Shown: positions 35,384-47,610, numbered from the whole stretch's first letter. The stretch is DNA of 63,629 nucleotides, filler included, from Octopus bimaculoides (GCF_001194135.2; 8 parts of 8 records of this genome joined end to end with filler, not necessarily neighbours in it), one strand, 5' to 3'. The notes: generated by a model not told the origin, from the sequence alone. Numbers and translations are program-made.

Positions 35384-35469
35384 CTTTCCTAATGAGAAGA
35401 TTGCATCGTTTTACACCGTTTATTCCTTTGGAATGAAACCAATGTTGTCTTCGAAACATATGTCAAAAG
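35384..35469 (+). ncRNA. Type I hammerhead-ribozyme-like motif (core G5 substituted)
   Basis: CTTTC-CTAATGA-[GAAGATTGCAT...ATGTTGTCTTC]-GAAAC-ATAT-GTC-AAAAG. Stem II has 10 of 11 positions pairing (two G-U), stem III is the palindrome ACATATGT, and there is a GUC triplet and a short stem I. Confidence 0.5.
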
Positions 35470-35527
35470 TAAAAGAATTTGAGTAACATCTGCGTTCAAC
35501 TCCATCTATTTACTTATATATATATAT

Positions 35528-35594
<67 letters not shown>

Positions 35595-35598
35595 TATG

Positions 35599-35724
35599 AC
35601 AGACGTCTTTCAGTTTCGCCAACCCAATCCAGTCACAAAGGTTTGGTCGGCCCGAAGCTATAGTAGATGACACTTACCCAAGGTGCCAAGCAGTGGGACT
35701 GAACCCAGAGCCATGCTGGTGCCT
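35599..35724 (-). mobile_element. SINE family A left module
   Basis: GGTCGGCCCGAAGCTATAGTAGATGACACTTACCCAAGGTGCC...GGGACTGAACCC. Confidence 0.8.
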
Positions 35725-36898
35725 ACATATATGTGTGTGTGTATGCATATAAATAGGTATGCCTGTATGCATATATACATAACAATATGTGCATGGGTAT
35801 CTGTGTATATGTATATGCGTGCGTATGTGTGTGTATGTATGTACAGTTATGTAAGGGCATATGTTTCTGCACATATGTATATGTGCCTTTGCATGGCCAC
35901 GTGCGTGCGTATGTTCATGTATACGTGTACATGTACATATATATGTGTGTGTGCTTGGTAATCCTCCGGGTGAAGAGGTAAATTGCTCCAAATTAGCATT
36001 GCTTTCTCTTCATAATGCACTGTTAATTAATTTCACAGAGTAACAATAGCTTGGGTTTGTGTCGAACAATGTCCATGCGTTAATTCTCTATCTCTTGTAT
36101 TTTAACTATAGCATCGACCATGCTTTTGAACAGAATTTTGTTATGGAATACGTGAGTCAAGTATTGTTTTGTATGGTTTGACAAAAGACATGTAACAGAA
36201 TAGCGGACTTGAAAGAGAGAACAAACTACTGTCTAAGTATATGCATATAAGTAAGTATGTATACTCGTGTGGATGAAAAGGAGGGGACAAGTACCCAATG
36301 CATTTACTATGTGAATCCTTGTCTTGCTTCAATGATTTTCTCATGAACGATTCTTCAGGTAACTAGGGGGTAATTCAAATTGAAACGAGATATCTGAATC
36401 CTTTCTACTTGGTAAATTTAATGGTAGATATTTTTTTCTTTCTGGATATAAAGGTTTATACGTGTTTTGCCTGTTACCTGAAATTAGAATTAAGTGCTAG
36501 TAGCATATAACCTGTTTTTATTGAGTTATCCTGGTGAAACATAAAATATCTAATTTAACAACAATATTTTGTCTTGGTTTTGTCGAGTTTACATAATGAA
36601 TGGTTTTAATATTAACGTATATAATCCTTTTGTCGACAAATGAACAAAGCAGAGTAATCAAAGAGAAATTTCAATTTTAAAAGAACTAAAAATGTAATCA
36701 AATTTCATTTTTGATCCGTTAAATATAATATAGGAGATTGTACCAAGAATGGAGTGGATTTCTTTCAAAACAACAAATTCTTTACCGAAACTTAAACCAT
36801 TTTTGTTCACTGGGTACTGTCATGATATGTATTCCTACCACAGCATTAACAGAAGACTTTATAAGAACTTCACAACAATATCTGTTATATACATATAC

Positions 36899-36941
<43 letters not shown>

Positions 36942-37725
36942 CATGTCAACTCATTTATTCATGCATATATTACATACATATGTACAGCCTACATAATGAA
37001 AGAAAGAGAGAACAAGTGAGAGAGAGAGAGAGGTTTACATTTGATTTTTAGCGGAATTACAGCAGAAAATTTTTGATCTACCTGATGTCCAATACGATCG
37101 TTGGTACGATTGAAGCCATATCTTCATAGATAATATATCTTCCAATATAGGTACAAGATAATATTGGTTATAAAATTCTGTTCTGAATTGTCAATAAATG
37201 CAGAGGCTTTTGCTAGGCCGAAGAAAAAAAATGTTCTATACAATTCAAAAATTGCATTCGAATACTCGCAACATCAATAACAATCAAAAGAAATACAAGA
37301 AACATCAACGTGGTTGCGAAAAAAAGTTAGATAAAATTTACACGAAAGTCAGAAAGTTAGATATAATTTGTATTACAGACGAGACTATAAATTATCTACG
37401 ACATAGATAAGTTAATTTAATACAACGTAGAGACAAAATATATAACAATGTAGACAAAAACAGAGAGATTAAAATATCTTCGCTATTAAGATAAGTGCCG
37501 TAGTGCAAAATGTTAGTCTCTAGCTTAGTATATACCATGTTACAATTACTTTTCTGGTTGAAATCAGGTAACTATTGTTTCACTATTCTTGTCAAAGTGA
37601 ATATCCATGATTACATAATAGCATTATATTCTTCCGACTGTAACAATAAGAAAAAAACATTTGAAGGATATTATCGAGGAAGAAAGCCTATATTTTCAAA
37701 TTACGAAATATCAACCATACAATTC

Positions 37726-38445
37726 TATGATACACTTTAACCGCAACATATACTGTATCTTTTGTGGCAAGCAAACATGAGAAACAGATAACTCTTTGTC
37801 TAAAAACGCCATTCATGCCGCTTGTTTCTGTTTTATGATTTTTCTTTTTGTTTTTCTTGTCTAGAGGTAAACCATATCTTTCGGAGACCAACTTCATGTC
37901 TTTCGCAGGCTGAGATCAGTGTAATCAACGCGTTTCACATTCTTCTCAAACAGCTACAAATTGCTGGCTTCAAGAAAAATACCTGTAGGCTTAGAGGTTG
38001 GCACAGCATCATTAACGAAGCGGGGAGGGAGATATAAGTGAACTAAGAAAAAAACACAAATCATGAAGAACAAGGGCCGTTGTAATAGAGGAAGAAGTAC
38101 GAGTGAGGAAATAGAACGTCTATAATAGACAGGTTGGAGTGCATTAATTAACAACTTCATGAAAATCGGTTGGGTAATATTTTTCTGGATATTATGGGAG
38201 AAGTACTTCATTATACAACTAAGTTCATCCATTTACACAGTTATTTTGGATGAATGAACGATTCTGATCCAAAACAGGAAGGCAAGTTGGTGATGTAGTT
38301 TTGTTGCTATGTATATCATATGAAATAGCCAGAAAAAGATTGATGAAGTGCGGCATGAATGACGTTTTTAGACAAAGAGTTATCTGTTTCTCATGTTTGC
38401 TTGCCACAAAAGATACAGTATATGTTGCGGTTAAAGTGTATCATA
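37726..38445. repeat. 96-bp near-perfect inverted repeat with 528-bp spacer (possible young MITE or foldback element)
   Basis: 37726-37821 versus the reverse complement of 38350-38445: one mismatch by eye. The ends read TATGATACAC...GTGTATCATA. Confidence 0.9.
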
Positions 38446-38894
38446 TAATTTATAAATTAGATTCATTATCACAAATGCATTTGGGACACTCGTTTCCAGT
38501 AGTTTACAGCTACACATTATAACCTACTACAATTGAATAGGATGTGGAAGTGACCTCCCCGGGATTTTATCATAGAATTGAACTGACAGTAATATAACTA
38601 AATCGTATTTTGTAACAGTCATAGAAGGAAAAGTTAATATCGGACAATGCCACTGGCGTATAATAAAAATTCTACTCAATACATCCAAATTTTAGATATC
38701 CACGATTATAGCTAATTGCTATTAAGGAACAATAAAAGCTGTAATTGAGCGATTATTAATTCCATGTTCTCTGTACATAATGGAACAACTGAGACCAGAA
38801 TTAAAAGTTTAAACAAAGAGAAAAGGTTTATGCAAACACGATATCCGTTAAGTATCATTTCTTCGATGTTTATTTGGTTAATATAGGTGTGTGC

Positions 38895-39113
38895 GGAGGG
38901 CGGCGAGCTGGCAGAATCATTAGCACGCCGGGCGAACTGCCTAGCGTTATTTCGTCTGTCTTCGTGTTCTGAGTTCAAACTCCGCCCCAGTCAACTTTGC
39001 TTTTTATCCTTTTGGGATCGATAAATTAAGTACCAGTTCCGTACGAGGGTCGATCAAATCGACTGGCCTCCTTCCCCAAGATTTCGGACCTTGTGCCTAG
39101 AGTAGAAAGAATA
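38895..39113 (+). mobile_element. SINE family B, full-length, CpG-intact
   Basis: GGCGGCGAGCTGGCAGAATC (A-box-like)...GAGTTCAAACTCC (B box)...central domain...GTGCCTAGAGTAGAAAGAAT. Confidence 0.9.
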
Positions 39114-39486
39114 TATGTGTGCGTGCGTGCGCATGTGTTTGTGTTTGAATATGTTAGTGCAAGCGTATTACAAATAGGCACCAATTTGGTGCTTCGACAG
39201 ATTAAGTTCTTAAAACTAAACTTGTTAACTTGTATGCCAAAAGCAGAAAACTTGACAAGGAGAAAGATGAGGTTCGGGCTAATATCAACAAGGAAATATA
39301 GATAGAAAAATGATCATATATGTAAGGAATGTATTTAAATAAGCCGTTACATACTCTGCAAAATAGCAGTAACATTTCCTTTCTACAGTTTAAAATAAAC
39401 AACACAGACTAATCTATTACACTTTTCTGCTTAATAAAGATCTTATATTTACCAGGAAATTATCGCCCCTATGTCGTTTGGTTCTA

Positions 39487-39910
39487 GACATATTAACATC
39501 CAGAAAAAGTCTAATTTCTTTCGATAATAAATCATAGTCTAGAATTCTGCTTCAGATTACTTTGATATTACGATGGAATCGTCGGATTATGTGTAAGTTA
39601 TGGACTTGGTTGCCCTTTTACTTCTACATTGACTTTACGCATATTTTTCTAAGATAGCGGAAGTCTTTACAAGCACGATGCTCTATTCCCAGCAACAGGA
39701 TACGCTGAATCTCATTTGGAATGTACCCGGAAAGCTTATACTATCTTTATCATAAAACGAAATAATGTCTCCAATATATTAACATAAAATCCAATCATTC
39801 TAGATCATCATTCTAGCGCTGTCAAAAGTATTTTGAATAGAATTTCTTCGAAACTTTCAGCGAATAATGCAATCTTCAATAATCAAACTTCGTATTATAA
39901 TCATTCAACG
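39487..39910 (+). mobile_element. Penelope-like element reverse-transcriptase remnant
   Basis: Degenerate translation SRKSLISF..K.W, FDITMES.DYV*VMDLVALL (compare FDVTMGSYDGAEVCELVGL), YINIKSNH..AVKSILNRISS.LS.N..IFNN..SYYN. Multiple stops and frameshifts. Confidence 0.65.
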
Positions 39911-39989
39911 TTTACCTCAAAATAAACGCTAAAGGCCTTATGCGGTGGACCTTGTTAAAATTTGTAACATCTAATAATAATGATGATGA

Positions 39990-40421
39990 TTTCAAATTTT
40001 GCCACAAGGGCAGCTAATTGGGGGGAGGGGATAAGTCGTTTACATCATCCTCAGTGTTTAACTGGTACTTATTTTATCGACACCGAAAGGATGAAAGGCA
40101 CAGCCGACCTCAACAGGATTTGAACTCAGAACGTGAAGATGGACGAAATGCCGCTAAGCATTTTGCCCGGCGTGCTAACGATTCTTATTTCTTTACTACC
40201 CACAAGGGGCTACATACACACAGTGGGGACAAACAAGGACAGACAAACGGATTAAGTAGATTATATCGACCTCAATGCGTAACTGGTACTAATTTAATCG
40301 ATCCCGAAAAGATGAAAGGCAAAGTTGACCTCGGCGGAATTTGAACTCAGAACGTAGCGGTAAACGAAATACCACTAAGCAATTCACCCGGCGTGCTAAC
40401 GTTTCTGCCAGCTCGCCGCCT
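39990..40421 (-). mobile_element. Head-to-tail pair of SINE family B copies inside (AAT)n
   Basis: A complete copy at 40186-40421 is joined to a copy (39990-40185) lacking the first ~15 nt of its head. Confidence 0.85.
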
Positions 40422-40424
40422 TTC

Positions 40425-40502
<78 letters not shown>

Positions 40503-40602
40503 NNNNNNNNNNNNNNNNNNNNNNNNNNNNNNNNNNNNNNNNNNNNTTAATTAATTAANNNNNNNNNNNNNNNNNNNNNNNNNNNNNNNNNNNNNNNNNN
40601 NN
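40503..40602. other. Scaffolding join marker
   Basis: 44 N + TTAATTAATTAA + 44 N. Confidence 0.95.
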
Positions 40603-40803
40603 TTTTCGTGCGGGTGACACGTAAAAGCACCCACTACACTCTCTGAGTGGTTGGCGTTAGGAAGGGCATCCAACTGTAGAAACTATGCCAAATCAGACTG
40701 CAGCCTGGTGTTGCCATCCGGTTTCACCAGTCCTCAGTCAAATCGTCCAACCCATGCTAGCATGGAAAGCAGACGTTAAACGATGATGATGATGATGATG
40801 ATG
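40603..40803 (+). mobile_element. SINE family E 3' part with (GAT)n tail
   Basis: GGGTGACACGTAAAAGCACC...GGAAGGGCATCC...CCAACCCATGCTAGCATGG...GACGTTAAACGATGATG. Decayed relatives lie at about 43735-43825, 50630-50760 (minus) and 51835-51870. Confidence 0.75.
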
Positions 40804-41271
40804 ATATATATATATTTATATATCTAGCAATATCAAATCTCTGACTCAGGTGTAAACAGTAGCAGTATGGAATCGTAAAATATAATTGCCAACTAAGTGT
40901 GGTGGTTCCATAGAGGATGATGCTACTGTTGTTTTTAGCCCCAGGAGGCTAACAACACACTGTCTGTGTCTGATTAGTATTTGCGAACAGAAATCATTGT
41001 TCCCATCTCTCACCTTACATGATACACACAGACCTGGGTTTCTGCATAGTAACCTGTCATCAGTGTGTGATAATCATGAGCTAGGGATGAAAACTCATTC
41101 CACATGCAAAATGCCACTTAGTGAGATTGGACTTGAAACCTTGTGATTGCAAAGCAAGCTTCTGAAACACAAATCCATGTTCTGTGAGAGATTTCTCAAG
41201 TTTAACCAAATAGAATAGAGCATGGAACAAGAATGGACATTCAAAACCCTGTGTTATAATATGGAGGCAGG

Positions 41272-41488
41272 TAGAGGCAACTTATTGGCAGAAACGATAG
41301 CATGCCAGGCAAAATGTTTAGCAGCATTTCATCTGTCATTATGTTCCAAGTTCAAATTCTGCCAAGGTCAACTTTGCATTTCATCCTTTTAGGGTTGATG
41401 AAATAAATTCCAGTTGAGCACTGGGGTTGATGTAATCAACTAGCCCTGCTTCAATGAAATTTCAAGCCTTGTGCCTTAATAAAAAGGA
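41272..41488 (+). mobile_element. SINE family B, full-length, strongly CpG-decayed
   Basis: Colinear with 38895-39113, with CG sites replaced by TG or CA (CATGCCAGG, GGCAAAA, TTCATC, GGTTGAT). Confidence 0.85.
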
Positions 41489-41724
41489 TATATAATAGAG
41501 GTGCATATGGTTGTTGGTTGAAGAAGTTGGCTCAGAACTTTGTTACTGATTAATTATTGACAAAGTAGACCATTGCCAGATTCTTTAGATCCAAAGTCTT
41601 ACCTGAAGAACTTCACAAAGAATCTTCCTTTTCACAGCTTTATAATCAGTCCAGCTCATGGTACATGAAATTTACGTTTTCCCAATGTTCCCACTCCATT
41701 TACCAGAAAGAAATGTGAAATCAT

Positions 41725-41952
41725 TTAATACTTTAGCATTCGAACTGGCCATAACCAGCCTAAATATTCAACCAGTTTTATATTAAAACTGGCCATATTT
41801 GGCCTCTCACACCTTTCCTGCAATGTCCTTCTAAAACTAAGCAGTCACACCATGAAAATGTCTTGGCTACAAGATAATACATGTTTAATTCAAGATGATG
41901 TGAATAAATAAACATGGTATTTGAGAGAGTATTCTGAGTGCTGAAGGGTTAA
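41725..41952. mobile_element. Short TIR element with TTAA ends (piggyBac-like MITE)
   Basis: TTAA-TACTTTAGCATTC ... GAGTGCTGAAGGG-TTAA; imperfect TIRs. A related one-ended element ends at about 46716 (GGTAACAAAAGGGTTTA). Confidence 0.55.
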
Positions 41953-43131
41953 AGTTTAGAACCAACTGCTTTCAAATCTTGCACCAAGTGTTTCGGATAA
42001 ATAAATTCAAAACCTTACACTCTATTGACAAAGTCATTGTCTTATTTTATTTACAAAGCCACAATGCGGTTAAATATACAAATACAATGCAGTGAGGATA
42101 TACAAAAAAAAAAAAGAAAATTCAATTCTCAATTCTTATTCAAATTAGATAGATATGCAATCAGATTTAAACAAATAATGGACTCAGAAATAAAGAAATT
42201 TGTTATTTTTATCCTGATTAAAGATGACTCTGACTTTGTGGTATGTCTATTCCTAACAGTTAATTATGATACAATGTTTCTTATGAAGAAAAGAACCCAA
42301 AATATTAGCCAGTAACAAAATCAAATTATCGCTAAAAAAAACCCTGACATTGTGATTATTAAGTTCACTTTTTATATATTTTCTTTTTATTTGATGATAT
42401 TTTTTCCATCCATTTGTATTTTTCACTAATGTCTTTTAACCAGTAGTTCTTTGATGTCAAAGTAATTTCCTGTTCTTAATCCACCCCTAGTCCAATAACT
42501 ATCAGTGTTTATGGTTTTATATAATAAAATTCAAACATTTTTTTTATTTTTACTGTCAACAAATCTATAGATTTTATTGAATCTTATAGAACACCTGAAA
42601 ACATTTTTATTGAGTCTTTTGTTCCAAACATTTTGTTTAACAAAACCACTAAACAATAATTAATCTTTAATCTTCAAAATATTTTCAATATTTAAAATAG
42701 GTTTTTTTTATGTTTACCCTTTTAAGACTATCAAAGAATACCCAATAAAACCTTAAAAATGTTCTGTGTAGTTGTATCTAGTGAAAGCTATATTAAAAAT
42801 ATGGAATATATCTTGTTTTAAATGATTAACTATGTGAGCTTCCAAAGATACCAGTTTTTGGTTGGTCCCTATAGAAACAGATATAATCTTAATTTATAAG
42901 TTAATTAGCTTTTATCTAAGTTTATTGAGTAATCAAATTTAACAAGTAAAATTTTATTAGATTGCTTTCAAGATGTTGGTGCTGTATGGTTTAAGTTTGC
43001 TTTGTATCCACATGGATTTCTGTTCAATCCTACTGAGCAAGTTCCATCTACTACAGCCCCAAGCTAAACAATGCTGCATGAGAGAATATGGCAGATGCAA
43101 AATGTAGGAAACCTGTTGTGTATGTATAAAC

Positions 43132-43183
<52 letters not shown>

Positions 43184-44275
43184 TACATATGTGTGTGGTG
43201 TGTATGTATATATATGCACATATATATATATATATTGTGCATTGTTTCATGATAGTGTGGTCAACAAAAAAGTATTTAATCTGGTGAGAGGTATATATTA
43301 TCTGATAAACACAATATATATTTCTTATGAGTTACTAATAGTTTCGTGCAATGAAGACAACTCAGTATTTTATAACATGTCTGGAGCCTACACGTAATCC
43401 TCAGGCACCACATGAGTTATAAGATACTGTCTGGGTTGTTTTCATCACATGAAGCTATTCGTAGCTCAAAAAATAATAGACTGTGTTTATTAAATGCTAT
43501 ATATATATATATATACAAAGAGAGAGAGAGATACATAGATACATACATGCATATACACACATACATCATGTATATAAGCTAGGCTGTGAATGTGTGTAAA
43601 TTTTAATTCCATATCTTCATTTGTCAATACCAGAAATATAATACATTCCTTATTGGCATCATAAATGACTGCTCTGTATTTTTAAATACTTAGAGAATAT
43701 AAAATCCTCTACTTGAGAAACAGATATGGGTTGATGACAGCAAAAGCATCCAGTTATAAAATCCTACCTGAAACTAAATCTCTGACGAACCTATGCTAGC
43801 ATGGGCGATTAGACATTAAAAAAATGAATATATGAGTGCACATATTTTTCTACATTAGTCATGCGTCAACATATGATGTGTATGTGTGTATGTGTATGCA
43901 TCTATGTTTGTGCTTGCTTCTCACCACTAGAAAAATGTAGACAACACATTTACAACCACATAGCTTAATGATTTAGTTATAAGAGAGATGATAAGAATAG
44001 CTACCAAACATAAAACAAGCAATGAGTTTTAATTTTATTTTCTAAAATTCCTTCAAGACGATGCCTTAGAAAGGCCACAGTCCAATATGACTTAAGCAAG
44101 AAAAAAAGTTAACAAAGACATAGATATCTAAGATGCTTGTGTTCGACCATGCTTAGAGTAAAACCCTTCCAATAAATGACCAAGTAGTACATCATTCTGA
44201 TATATGTAGCAATCCCAGTTTGTAAATGAATTCCTTTGATTGAAAAAATATAATTAGTATAATATAATTAGATGT

Positions 44276-44433
44276 GGGAGTGGCTGTGTGGTAAGTAGCT
44301 TGCTTACCAACCACATGGTTCTGCGTTCAGTCCCACAGCGTGGCACCTTGGGCGAGTATCTTCTACTATAGTCTCGGGCCGACCAAAGCCTTGTGAGTGG
44401 ATTTGGTAGACGGAAACTGAAAGAAGCCTATCG
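44276..44433 (+). mobile_element. SINE family A left module, CpG-intact (young) copy inside the decayed block
   Basis: GTCTCGGGCCGACCAAAGCC...GTAGACGGAAACTGAAAGAAGCC, followed by (TA)n and a gap. Confidence 0.9.
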
Positions 44434-45019
44434 TATATATGTATATATATATGTATATATATATATANNNNNNNNNNNNNNNNNNNNNNNNNNNNNNNNN
44501 NNNNNNNNNNNNNNNNNNNNNNNNNNNNNNNNNNNNNNNNNNNNNNNNNNNNNNNNNNNNNNNNNNNNNNNNNNNNNNNNNNNNNNNNNNNNNNNNNNNN
44601 NNNNNNNNNNNNNNNNNNNNNNNNNNNNNNNNNNNNNNNNNNNNNNNNNNNNNNNNNNNNNNNNNNNNNNNNNNNNNNNNNNNNNNNNNNNNNNNNNNNN
44701 NNNNNNNNNNNNNNNNNNNNNNNNNNNNNNNNNNNNNNNNNNNNNNNNNNNNNNNNNNNNNNNNNNNNNNNNNNNNNNNNNNNNNNNNNNNNNNNNNNNN
44801 NNNNNNNNNNNNNNNNNNNNNNNNNNNNNNNNNNNNNNNNNNNNNNNNNNNNNNNNNNNNNNNNNNNNNNNNNNNNNNNNNNNNNNNNNNNNNNNNNNNN
44901 NNNNNNNNNNNNNNNNNNNNNNNNNNNNNNNNNNNNNNNNNNNNNNNNNNNNNNNNNNNNNNNNNNNNNNNNNNNNNNNNNNNNNNNNNNNNNNNNNNNN
45001 NNNNNNNNNNNNNNNNNNN

Positions 45020-45310
45020 TTATTGAGCGAAAACACCTAGTGCTCCACGAGGCTCCGGCAGGGGATGGTGGCGAACCCTGCTGTACTCTTTCACCACAAC
45101 TTTCTCTCACTCTTTCTTCCTGTTTCTGTTGTGCCTGTAATTCAAAGGGTCAGCCTTGTCACACTGTGTCACACTGAATATCCCCGAGAACTACATTAAG
45201 GGTACACGTGTCTGTGGAGTGCTCAGCCACTTGCATGTTAATTTCACGAGCAGGTTGTTCTGCTGATCAGATCAACTGGAATCCTTGACGTCGTAAGCGA
45301 CGGAGTGCCA
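45020..45310 (+). mobile_element. SINE body related to 30543-30890
   Basis: CAGCCTTGTCACAC...GTGTCTGTGGAGTGCTCA...GATCAACTGGAA...CGTAAGCGA. Confidence 0.8.
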
Positions 45311-46059
45311 ACTCAAAAACCATTGGTAACCCCTCAACAAGAGGACATATGCTCAAGCATGCTCAAGTTGTGATCATATTGTCTTTCAAGATACGTTGTT
45401 GTTTAACCCCAAGTCAGAGCTCACCTATGATCGAAGACATTCCTGCTATGATCAGCGCACATTTTATATATCTTGGACTACATTTATTTATCCAATGTGT
45501 CCTTCTGTTTTTGAAGTCAGTAAGTTAGAATTTGAGTGAGATTTGGCTACTATTTTAAGTAGATCAAGTAATGATGTATAAAGCTGTTGTTGCTGTTGTT
45601 GTATTTAGCCTCAGGCCAGCCCTGTCTGAGCAGACTACAACCATCCCATGTTTACTTTTTTTAAAAGATGGTAAGGTATAATTTGGTAGCAATTGCTAGC
45701 AATTTGAATGATCTACTAAGAGTTGTTAATTATAGGTGTAATTAAAGTAATTAAGAGAACATCTATATTGATAAATCAATGAAAAGAAAAATATAATCAG
45801 AAGGTACTTTTAAAACAGTTTTCTTCTCTCAGATACAATCTCAGTCTTGAAACATCAATATCTTCTTCTATACACATCACGTAAGTGTTCCTGTCAGGTA
45901 TCACTAATGAGCAAATATGGGTTAGTGGCATGTACCATACTGCTGTTACTTGTTTTAAGTGTCTGTAGTCATAAGTAGATGCACCCTCTCGCTCAAACCC
46001 TTCATGACTCAATGGAGCATCAGAGATATGGCTATTAGGGTGAGAGAGAGAGAGAGGGC

Positions 46060-46220
46060 TGCACTAGCACCTATCTGGTACTTATTTACAGTTGACTAAG
46101 CTGCAGTCATGTGAAATAATCAGCCCTGCTCAAGGACACAATGCATTACCCAATTCTGGAATTGAACACATGACCTTATGATCATGAACTGGAGAGCCTA
46201 AAAACTTGGCTACACACCCT
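46060..46220 (-). mobile_element. tRNA-headed SINE (family C-like), decayed
   Basis: Minus strand GTGTAGCCAAG...GTGTTCAATTCC (B box)...GTGTCCTTGAGCAGG. Confidence 0.6.
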
Positions 46221-46802
46221 CAAAATCTAAGCAGCAGAAGGAGTAGTAATAGTAGTAGTAGCAGTTGTAGCTGCAGCAACAGCAGCAGCAGTAGCAGTAG
46301 TAGTAGTAGTAGTAGCAGCTGCAGTTGCTGCTTTTGACAGGGACATGATTAAATATGTTCAAGTTGTGATCATACTGTCTTTTAAGATGTAGTGTTGTCA
46401 TTTAAACCCTAGTCAGTGGACATCTTAGGACCTCAGGCAAATCAATGCACCAGGCCCTATAAAATTTATTTATTGACAGAAAGCCATGATCTTTTTTTCA
46501 TATCAGCCTGTCCTAGACTGCCTCTGGGCCTATGTTACAAACTCTCTGTTTTGAAGTGATTTAAATTCAAACCTGTCAACAAAACTTCCTGTTAATTTAT
46601 ATTCCAAACACCAGCTTATTAGTGATGAAGTTACTTTACCAAATTCTCTGTTGTATTCAAAACTGACTGAAATAAAGGCAGTATGTTCCAACAGGAATAT
46701 GGTAACAAAAGGGTTTAGACAGCTTTGTTGAGAAGGATTTGCCTTTTCTCCTGACTAAAAATCAAAACAGAAATAGATATCTTGAAAGTTAGGTAATATC
46801 TT

Positions 46803-47240
46803 AGGCATGGCTGTGTGGTAAAAGGCTTGTTTCACAATCACATAGTTCTGAGTTCAGTTCCACTGAATGGCACCTTGAGCAAGTTGCTCCTACTATAGCC
46901 TCAGGCAGACCAAAGCCTTGTGAGTAGACTTGGTAAACAGAAACTGAAGGAGGACCACCATGTATTTATATATATATATATATATGATGATATATATATA
47001 TGTATGTGTATACACACACACATATATATACATACATTACATGTGTGTGTGTCTTTGTGTCCATGTTTGTCCTCCACCACCATTTAACAGCTGGTGTTGG
47101 CATGCTTTTGTCCTTGTAAATTAGCAGTTCAGCAAAAAAGGGTCAATAGAATAAGTACTGGGGTCAATTCATTCAACTAAATGTTCTACAAGGCAGTACC
47201 CCAGCATGGCCACAGTCGAATGACTGAAACAAGTAAAAAA
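46803..47240 (+). mobile_element. SINE family A, full-length, CpG-decayed
   Basis: Head, left module, (TA)/(TG) tract, right module and CAGCATGGCCACAG tail. Confidence 0.85.
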
Positions 47241-47454
47241 AAAAAAAATATTATTCTTATTTCGAAATATTCATAGATTTTATGATGCCAAATTGGCAAA
47301 ATTATTAGACCATTGTAAAAGGTGCATTAGCTTATTTGTTCCATCTCTTGACACTCTGATCCCATCAAGGGTGAATATGTTTCAGTCCTGTGAGGGGTTG
47401 GTAAATAAAGTGCCTTTCTTGGGGAGAGGATTAGCAAAACTGTTACAGTTGTAT

Positions 47455-47610
47455 TTCCTCATAGCCCTGAATTCGAATTCTGCTGATGTCAACTTTGCTT
47501 TCATTCCTTCAGGGTTGGTAAAAATAAAGTATATTAATCAAGTGTTTAGATAATATAACTGACTATGCCGCTTCCACCACCAAAATTTGTGGCCTTGTGC
47601 CAATGTTAGA
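47455..47610 (+). mobile_element. SINE family B 3' two-thirds, CpG-decayed
   Basis: GAATTCTGCTGATGTCAACTTTGCTTTCATTCCTTCAGGGTTGGTAAA...GGCCTTGTGCC. Confidence 0.75.

Noticed and set aside
41585-41720. Perfect minus-strand donor CAG|GTAAGA after MSWTDYKAVKRKILCEVLQ
   Set aside because: No acceptor was found upstream before the MITE and there is no homology, so it cannot be supported as an exon.
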